Translations under genes and position numbers: made by a program
Assembly (NCBI GenBank): GCA_947174365.1
Contig: CAMWIR010000001.1
Location: forward strand, 9,100-73,099
DNA length: 64,000 nucleotides
Source of the DNA: an uncultured Ruminococcus sp.
GTDB taxonomy: Bacteria; Bacillota; Clostridia; Oscillospirales; Ruminococcaceae
Direction: 5' to 3'
The notes under the pieces: model-generated
Told to the model about the DNA's origin: nothing
The model's database searches: none
The model's input: the letters and a program-made list of their open reading frames with translations, nothing else
Shown: positions 57,615 to 64,000 of the stretch, one piece after another
Position numbering within the stretch: the stretch's first letter is position 1
How the letters are laid out: the number at the start of each line of letters is the position of its first letter

Positions 57615-57635
57615 TTTACGTAAACTCCCCCCTTA

Positions 57636-58601
57636 TCAGTCAACATATTTGCCAAGCAGCTTGCTTATAAGGTTGTTGCACACAAGCATTGCTATGAACA
57701 GAACGAAACATACAGCGGAGGCGTAACCCATCTCATACCTTACCCAGCCGTAGTCATAAGCGTGGGTCATAATGGTATGTACCTTGTAGTCGGTAGAAGG
57801 GAAGCCCGCAAGGGTTCTACCCACGATATCAACGGTAAAGGAGGAAACTATCTGCATTACCGCAGCGAACATCAGGGAGGGCCCCATGGAGGGTATGGTT
57901 ATGTAGATAAGCTCCTGGAAACGGGACTTGATTCCCTCGATAGCGCCCGCCTCATACATGGACTTGTCAATACCCTGGAAGCCCGCTCTCATAGCAAGGA
58001 AGCCCGCACCCATGGATACCCACAGCTGAACCACGATAACGCAGCCGAGCACATAGTTTCCGTCGGTGAGCCACTGCTTGGCAGCGGAGGTAAAGCCCAG
58101 CTCCATAAGGAAAGCGTTGAGATAACCGTACTGGTCGCCCGAGAAAATGAGCTGCCATACGAAGTAGATGTTACCTGCCATTGACGGTGCGTAGAACACC
58201 AGAGTAAACAGGGTCTTAAGAGTGGGGTGCAGCTCGTTTATCAGCCACGCCAGCATAAAGCTCATGGCATAGCTGAGAGGCCCTGTAAAAATTGCGAAAA
58301 TAAGGGTCGTTCTGATGGACTGGATAAATACATCGTCCTCCAGGAACATTGAGTAGAAATTCTGAAAGCCGATCCACTTGGGAAAGCTTGCCATATTAAA
58401 GTCGGTAAAGCCCATGGGAAGCGACATTACTACAGGTATTACCGTAAATATGAGAAACAGTATCATAAACGGCGCAAGCATTACATAGCACATATAGTTT
58501 CGCTTCATCTCGTGGAGAGTGTAGTCGCGCTTTTCCTTGCGGGACATTTTTCTCTCTGAGGGCAGCAGAATTTCCTTTTTTACTGAAGTATTTTCAGCCA
58601 A
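57636..58601 (-). CDS. Carbohydrate ABC permease (MalF-like)
   Basis: FTLVFYAPS, AGFQGIDKSMYEAGAIEG, EMGYASA. Confidence 0.93.
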   Translation of the reverse strand: MAENTSVKKEILLPSERKMSRKEKRDYTLHEMKRNYMCYVMLAPFMILFLIFTVIPVVMSLPMGFTDFNMASFPKWIGFQNFYSMFLEDDVFIQSIRTTLIFAIFTGPLSYAMSFMLAWLINELHPTLKTLFTLVFYAPSMAGNIYFVWQLIFSGDQYGYLNAFLMELGFTSAAKQWLTDGNYVLGCVIVVQLWVSMGAGFLAMRAGFQGIDKSMYEAGAIEGIKSRFQELIYITIPSMGPSLMFAAVMQIVSSFTVDIVGRTLAGFPSTDYKVHTIMTHAYDYGWVRYEMGYASAVCFVLFIAMLVCNNLISKLLGKYVD

Positions 58602-58621
58602 GGCTAAAGCCCTCCTTTCTT

Positions 58622-61558
58622 TTAGTCATCAAGACCTAAGTTTTTGCGCTTACGGGTAATTTCCGTGTTGATATCCTTATTGTACCAGCGAAGGGTCTCA
58701 CGGGCGTTGTCAGCGTCGTTTACAACGGCTCTGAATGCGTTCATGATACTTCTTGTTACAACGTAGGAGGACGGGATAATGGGTATTTCGTCCAGCTCGT
58801 TCAGCTGAGCGTTGATCTTTGAAAGGTCGGATTTCGACCAGTTGAGCTTCTGAAGAGCCTCAACATTTGCAGACTCAAACCGCCCTAAGGGGCCCATTAC
58901 GCCCTCAACATTCTGACCGTAGGTCACCATTGTGTCGGTGTCGGTGAACCACTTGATGTATTCCCAGGCGCCGTCCACATTCTTGCAGTCCTTTAATACG
59001 ATAAAGCCCGAACCGGAGGAGTTAGCCGCATGGGAAACAGTGCCGTCCTCACGTCTTGTTCCGGGAACGGGGCAGAAGTCCCACGCACCCTTTATTTCGG
59101 GAGCTGCCACATTCAGCTGATTGTAGAATGAGCAGTAGTTCTGGATAACTATAGGCGCTTCACCTGTTCTGAATCGGGAGAATGCGTCGTAAACCTGATC
59201 GAAGTTGTATGTAGTGTAGAATTTTGTCCACATATCAAATGCGTCAACCGCTGCCACAGTATCAAAGTTTGTGGCGGTCTGGTCGGCATTGTAGTAGTTC
59301 TGACCCGTTTGCAGCATAAGCATTGCAAAGGTGTGGCCTACCTCGGTGGAGGGGGCAACAGCGTTTCCGTTGACATTGGCGGGGAGGATAAGCCCGGGCT
59401 GCATATATTTGCGCTGGATAGCAGGGAGCATATCTATAAGATCCTGCCAGGTCTCGGGAGGCTCTGTAATGCCTATTTCCGAAAGGGTATCGGTGCGGTA
59501 GAACATCATGGGGAATGTTCTCTGAATGGGTATGCCGTATGCCTTATCATCATAAGTGTAATGAACCATTGCAGTTTCCTGGAAACGGCTCTTCACCTCG
59601 TCAAAGCCCGGCATATCGTCAAGAGGGATAAGCAGATCGCGGATAGCAAGGTTTACGGGGAACTCACCGCCTACGAACATTGCAACGTCCGGTCCTTTAC
59701 CTGCAAGCACTGCCTCCATAATAGTACCTTGTACCAGGTTAATGGAAACGTCAATGCCTGTCTGGGGAGTAAATTCCGACTCGGTAAGCTGCTTTACAAC
59801 CGTTGTCTGGTCACGTCCGAGACCTACCCATACAATTACCGAATCCGCCGAGGAATCGGAAAGCACGGTGTAATCCTCAAAGAAAGAACCGAAAAATCCT
59901 TTTGCGGAAAATGCTATCGACTTAAAGAAATTTTCCTTGACGCTTGTGAATTCCGACTTTTTGCCCTTGCCGTCAAAGGCGGGGAGCAGCTCAATAAAAT
60001 CTATCTCCAGGGGCTGGTCGCGGTATTCTCTCATCCAGGAGGAAACTGCGCTTATATTATCCTTCATGGAGGAGTTGGAGATATAGTCGGGGATCTTGTT
60101 GGGCTTGTTAATGCAGCGGTCAAACACGTCTGCAAGACGGGCAAGCACCGTTGCTTCCGAACCCGAGGAATCGGAGAGGCCCTCTATGATCTCCTGCTCG
60201 TTTTTCAGCTCCGCCGACAACGTTACACACGCCTCCATAAAATCGGGCATTTCGTTGTAAATACGGTAATCGGTGTATTTGTCGGGGTTAGGACCCGTTA
60301 TCATCAGTATCTTGCGGTAGTAGCTGTTAGCCTCGTAAACCACACTGTCCAGACGGCGCATGGATTCGCCGATTTCCCCGGGAATAGCCTCAAGAGTAAG
60401 CTCGTGAGTTCCTGCGGTAAGGTAAACATACGCTTCCTCTCCCGTGCTGTCCGTGGGGGAAACCATGATCCAGTCAGTGGAGTAGTTGAACTTCACCTGC
60501 TCGAAAGGCTCGGAAGGAACTTCGCCGTCAATATAAATGCGGCGATTGGAATACAGACCTCTCATTACGTCCTGTCTGCCCTTTATGCCTATTTTATAGT
60601 ACCCGTCCTGGGGCACGTTCATTTCCCAGGTAACAGTCTGTCCCGATGTGTCCCAGGTGCCGTCGCCTACGGTGTTGTACCGCTCTTTAACGGGGTGGGA
60701 GGGGTTGCCCGTATGATCCTCGGTCAGATATGTGCCTCGGTCATAGGTGGGGAATATGGTCTGGGAATTGGTATTCTTGTAGCTCTCACCCTGTAATCTG
60801 ATAGGCTCTGCACCGTCGTTTTTGTGCAGATCATCATCGGAGGGGCGCTTGTATGCCTGTGCAGGCTCATATTGGAAAAGACTGAGATCGGCAATAGCCA
60901 CGGAAGCTTTTTCCGAAGAAAGACTTATGGTATGCTCTCCTTCATCCAGATAGAAGTACAGCGGTTCATTGAAAAGTCCGTCGGAATCCTTAAAAGAGGT
61001 CGTTACCCACTTGGGATCCTCTATCTGCGGGGGACGGGTCTCGTTGTCCCTCTCGTTGGGTGCGATCTCATACTTAGACTTCCATACCCTGGGGAATGAA
61101 ACACGGCTTGCTGTGTCGAAAGGAATTTCGCCGTCAATAAGCACGGACATTTCCGAGGTAGTGTTGCCGCCCGTAATGGGGAAATATGTCGCCTGAATGT
61201 TGTAAGCGCCCGCTGTTTCCACATTGACCTTGAAATTCAGCTTGCCGTCCTCATTGCTCCATATGACAACATTGTTCTTGCCCTCGTAAGAACCCACCTC
61301 GACCTCTGCGCCGTTTTCGCAGGAATCGTAGGTCATGGACATACCCTCGATATTCTTGGTTCTTGGCCGCGGGGCGTCAGCGATCTCGTCGTGGTAATCG
61401 CTGTAGGTCTTTTGCTTTTCGTACATGATTGTCGCTTGTCCGTCCGACTGCGAGCCGCCCGATTCATCGGCAAGCGCAGTAAAGGAGAATGAACCGAGAC
61501 ATACGGTCACAGCTGTAACGCCGGACAAAAATCGTTTCAGACTGGTTTTCCTTGACAA
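58622..61558 (-). CDS. Very large extracellular solute-binding protein (N-terminal beta-sandwich-like domains plus SBP family 1 domain)
   Basis: Signal peptide without lipobox; C-terminal FTPQTGIDVSI, GPDVA, PMMFYRTD, PPETWQDL, WDFCPVPG, AWEYIKWF. TTG start inferred from RBS spacing (ORF-track start 61570). Confidence 0.85.
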   Translation of the reverse strand: MSRKTSLKRFLSGVTAVTVCLGSFSFTALADESGGSQSDGQATIMYEKQKTYSDYHDEIADAPRPRTKNIEGMSMTYDSCENGAEVEVGSYEGKNNVVIWSNEDGKLNFKVNVETAGAYNIQATYFPITGGNTTSEMSVLIDGEIPFDTASRVSFPRVWKSKYEIAPNERDNETRPPQIEDPKWVTTSFKDSDGLFNEPLYFYLDEGEHTISLSSEKASVAIADLSLFQYEPAQAYKRPSDDDLHKNDGAEPIRLQGESYKNTNSQTIFPTYDRGTYLTEDHTGNPSHPVKERYNTVGDGTWDTSGQTVTWEMNVPQDGYYKIGIKGRQDVMRGLYSNRRIYIDGEVPSEPFEQVKFNYSTDWIMVSPTDSTGEEAYVYLTAGTHELTLEAIPGEIGESMRRLDSVVYEANSYYRKILMITGPNPDKYTDYRIYNEMPDFMEACVTLSAELKNEQEIIEGLSDSSGSEATVLARLADVFDRCINKPNKIPDYISNSSMKDNISAVSSWMREYRDQPLEIDFIELLPAFDGKGKKSEFTSVKENFFKSIAFSAKGFFGSFFEDYTVLSDSSADSVIVWVGLGRDQTTVVKQLTESEFTPQTGIDVSINLVQGTIMEAVLAGKGPDVAMFVGGEFPVNLAIRDLLIPLDDMPGFDEVKSRFQETAMVHYTYDDKAYGIPIQRTFPMMFYRTDTLSEIGITEPPETWQDLIDMLPAIQRKYMQPGLILPANVNGNAVAPSTEVGHTFAMLMLQTGQNYYNADQTATNFDTVAAVDAFDMWTKFYTTYNFDQVYDAFSRFRTGEAPIVIQNYCSFYNQLNVAAPEIKGAWDFCPVPGTRREDGTVSHAANSSGSGFIVLKDCKNVDGAWEYIKWFTDTDTMVTYGQNVEGVMGPLGRFESANVEALQKLNWSKSDLSKINAQLNELDEIPIIPSSYVVTRSIMNAFRAVVNDADNARETLRWYNKDINTEITRKRKNLGLDD

Positions 61559-61801
61559 AAGATAGACCACCTTTCGTGTGAGAATAGGTCATATTGTGAG
61601 CAGCACACGCAGTGCACATACCGCGCCGTGCATTCCATACCTTTCGGACATACAGCACACACCATTTGTGATACACACAACATTCACCGCCGCAATTTTG
61701 CTGTTTGTTGTTTTGCATGGCGGTAATATTTAACCAAACGCCGCTTCATTTATGTATTTTTGTAATGTGCATTTGGTGAAAAAATATGAACCCGTATAAT
61801 A

Positions 61802-61829
61802 ATTATAACAATTATACAAAGACTTGTCA
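61802..61829 (-). promoter_or_regulatory. sigmaA promoter of the carbohydrate ABC operon
   Basis: Minus strand TTGACA-16-TATAAT, about 240 nt upstream of the first gene. Confidence 0.6.
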
Positions 61830-62042
61830 AGTAATTGTAGAATTTTTTGTGTATATTTTCGCGCTAATATTTTGGTAATTTGTCACAAAATTTTCAAAGT
61901 CCTATTGTTGCATTCTACGGATTGTATAATTAAAATCACATAATACGGGGAATTATGACATATTTTTTAGACAATATGTACAATTAACAAGCTCACCAAA
62001 ACAAAAACATCATATTTTTTTGTCAGGTCATTCTGCCGCCCA

Positions 62043-62082
62043 AAAAGAATACGGACAGGAATATCTCCTGCCCGTATTCTTA
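62043..62082. terminator. Terminator hairpin
   Basis: AAGAATACGGACAGGA...TCCTGCCCGTATTCTT. Confidence 0.7.
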
Positions 62083-62128
62083 AAGACCATATTATCCTGT
62101 GAGCATTCAGGTTTGCCCCTATTGCCTT

Positions 62129-62278
62129 TTAATTATTCTCGCTGCTGCCCTTTATCTGAGGTTCATTTTCTCTTGGTTCATGAGTTTCAATATACCTTAT
62201 AATTCGTATGATCTCATCTCCGGGAATATCCTTCTCCCGCAAAACATCAATTAAATTAACGAGCTCCTTATCTGTCAT
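62129..62278 (-). CDS. 49-aa small hypothetical protein
   Basis: MTDKELVNLIDVLREKDIPGDEIIRIIRYIETHEP...; RBS AAGGGGTG; own terminator. Confidence 0.6.
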   Translation of the reverse strand: MTDKELVNLIDVLREKDIPGDEIIRIIRYIETHEPRENEPQIKGSSENN

Positions 62279-62438
62279 TATCTTCACACCCTTTTTATAC
62301 ATAACCGTAAGCAAATTGCAGCGCCATGACACTTTTACAAACAAAAACTGCAAAATGCAGCTAAAGAATATAGAAAATATTGTTCATTCATTATTATACA
62401 ACACTTTTTTTTATTTTGTCAATAGCCGCACAGCACAA

Positions 62439-62468
62439 AAAAACTGCCCGCATTTCTGCGGGCAGTCT
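62439..62468 (-). terminator. Terminator of the surface-protein gene
   Basis: ACTGCCCGC...GCGGGCAGT followed on the minus strand by a T-run. Confidence 0.8.
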
Positions 62469-62510
62469 ATAAACCTTTTAGGAATTAACCCTTAAAGCCT
62501 AAGGCTTCAA

Positions 62511-64000
62511 TTAGCCTCTCTTCTTAGCAACAACTGCTGCTGCTGCAAGAGCTACAGGGATAACAGCCAGAGCAACGGGAGCGTTGCCGGTCTTAGGAGA
62601 CTGAACAGGCTCTACAGGAGCAACTGCCTCAGTTACAGGAGCCTCAGTTACAACAGGCTCGTCAACTACTGCGGGCTCGTCAACTTCGTCAATAGGATCG
62701 ATAACGATCTCATCGCCGTCATCAGTGATCTCATCGCCGTCGCCCTCAGCGCCCTCACCGGGAACAATATCGTCCTCCTCGAGGTTGCCAACGGTTACGG
62801 TAAGAGTATCCCAGTACCAATCAACAGGAGTGTACAGGAGCATCTTGGTGAGGAATGTCTTAGCCTCTGTTACCTTGCCCTCGTCGGTGATAGTGAACCA
62901 GTCGAAGGAGAGGGTATCAGCGCCCCAGTTGAACTTATCGGTGTCGGACAGCTGCATTGTAAGGCCGCTGTTTACAACGATAGCACCGGTGAACAGGTTC
63001 TGAGCCCATGCAGCGCTGTAGGAACCGAACATATCGAACTCAGTAGAGCCCATGAGGCTGTAGGAGTTGTCAAGGTTGGTGTACAGGTGCTGGCCAAAGG
63101 TAGGATTGTACCAGTCCTGAGAATTTACCTGCCAGCCGTAAGCACGGTCAACTTCAATCCAGTCGCCGCCGAAGAGCTTGGACTTAGCAGTTGCAACATA
63201 GCCGTTGTAGCTTCTGAACTCGAATACTACGTTCTCGTTGTTAGCGATAGCGTCGTTAAGAACTGCTACAGGGTTGGTGTAGTACTTGCCGCCTGCCTTA
63301 CGCTCGGTAAGAGCCTTGGTAACATTTGCGGGATTGGTAAGAGAAGACTTCAGAGGATAAATCTTGTCTTCACTTGCGCCTGCCTTGAAAGCGCCTACAG
63401 CGATAGGCTGTGCTGCACCTGTAATGCCTGATACATTTGCAGTAACGCCCTCCATAAGCTCCTTCTGACCGAGAGTCTTGTCGCCCTTAGGATCAACGCC
63501 AAGCCACTCAAGAACAGTCTTGCCGTTCCAACCGAAGCTCATGTCGCCCTCAGCAATATTGGTATATACAGTTGCGGGAACCTCATAGTTGAGCTTGATA
63601 ACGCCGCTCTGGAAAGAGAAATCAAATGCAGACTCACTCTGACCAAGCTTTTCATTATCAAAGCCGCTGATGTTCAGTGTATCTGCTGCGGGCGAATCCC
63701 CTTTCTTGTCAAGCTTAATGGTAAAATCCTTTCCTCCCAGTGAAACGGGTGTGTAGTTCTTGATTATGAAATCACCCGCATCATTTGCACCGCTGTTAAC
63801 CCACTTCTGAGTTACAGTTACAGAACCTGTGTCGGTAAGCTTGTTCTTGAGAGAAGTAAATGCAACCTCAACATCATGCAGCTCGCCAGTAACCTCATCG
63901 TTAAACCATGTGCCCTTATTAACGCCTACAGTAATCTTGTCATTGGCACTGGTAAAACCGTAGTCGGAAGCACCATTGGTGTAGTTGATTACGAACTGAA
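62511..64000 (-). CDS. Sortase-anchored surface protein (SPKTG sorting signal), 5' end outside the window
   Basis: Frame is open from base 64000 through the ORF-track start at 63542 to 62511; acidic, Pro/Val-rich spacer, then SPKTG + hydrophobic helix + KKRG. Confidence 0.88.
   Translation of the reverse strand, partial: QFVINYTNGASDYGFTSANDKITVGVNKGTWFNDEVTGELHDVEVAFTSLKNKLTDTGSVTVTQKWVNSGANDAGDFIIKNYTPVSLGGKDFTIKLDKKGDSPAADTLNISGFDNEKLGQSESAFDFSFQSGVIKLNYEVPATVYTNIAEGDMSFGWNGKTVLEWLGVDPKGDKTLGQKELMEGVTANVSGITGAAQPIAVGAFKAGASEDKIYPLKSSLTNPANVTKALTERKAGGKYYTNPVAVLNDAIANNENVVFEFRSYNGYVATAKSKLFGGDWIEVDRAYGWQVNSQDWYNPTFGQHLYTNLDNSYSLMGSTEFDMFGSYSAAWAQNLFTGAIVVNSGLTMQLSDTDKFNWGADTLSFDWFTITDEGKVTEAKTFLTKMLLYTPVDWYWDTLTVTVGNLEEDDIVPGEGAEGDGDEITDDGDEIVIDPIDEVDEPAVVDEPVVTEAPVTEAVAPVEPVQSPKTGNAPVALAVIPVALAAAAVVAKKRG

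Noticed and set aside
54896-60796. Long plus-strand ORFs (54896..56149, 59309..60796)
   Set aside because: Antisense shadows of strongly codon-biased ABC-cluster genes.

Overview
This window comes from a Clostridia chromosome, probably a Ruminococcaceae/Oscillospiraceae-like gut anaerobe (inferred from gene content and style). It is mostly core genome: typA, rpmB, a zapA-like gene, a U32 hydroxylase, a class B PBP, trmO, rpmG-secE-nusG-rplK-rplA, a complete F1Fo atpIBEFHAGDC operon, nfo, polA and four tRNAs. Accessory genes are interleaved with these. I found no integrase, transposase, prophage or CRISPR array. The main observations are: (1) an eight-gene carbohydrate-uptake locus with a ~980-aa non-lipoprotein binding protein, four permeases and NHL/TPR, Yip1 and DUF5696-like genes but no ATPase, lying upstream of a cytoplasmic GH95 fucosidase; (2) a C-GCAxxG-C-C domain fused to a degenerate GGDEF and an intact EAL domain; (3) a likely bile-acid 12-alpha-HSDH; (4) an ATP synthase c subunit with the two-carboxylate Na+ motif; (5) a promoter-to-terminator orphan sRNA with an exposed anti-Shine-Dalgarno tract; (6) two families of dispersed heptamer-based intergenic repeats, some forming inverted pairs or direct repeats around small modules. 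All family assignments come from motif recognition and memory; no database searches were run.
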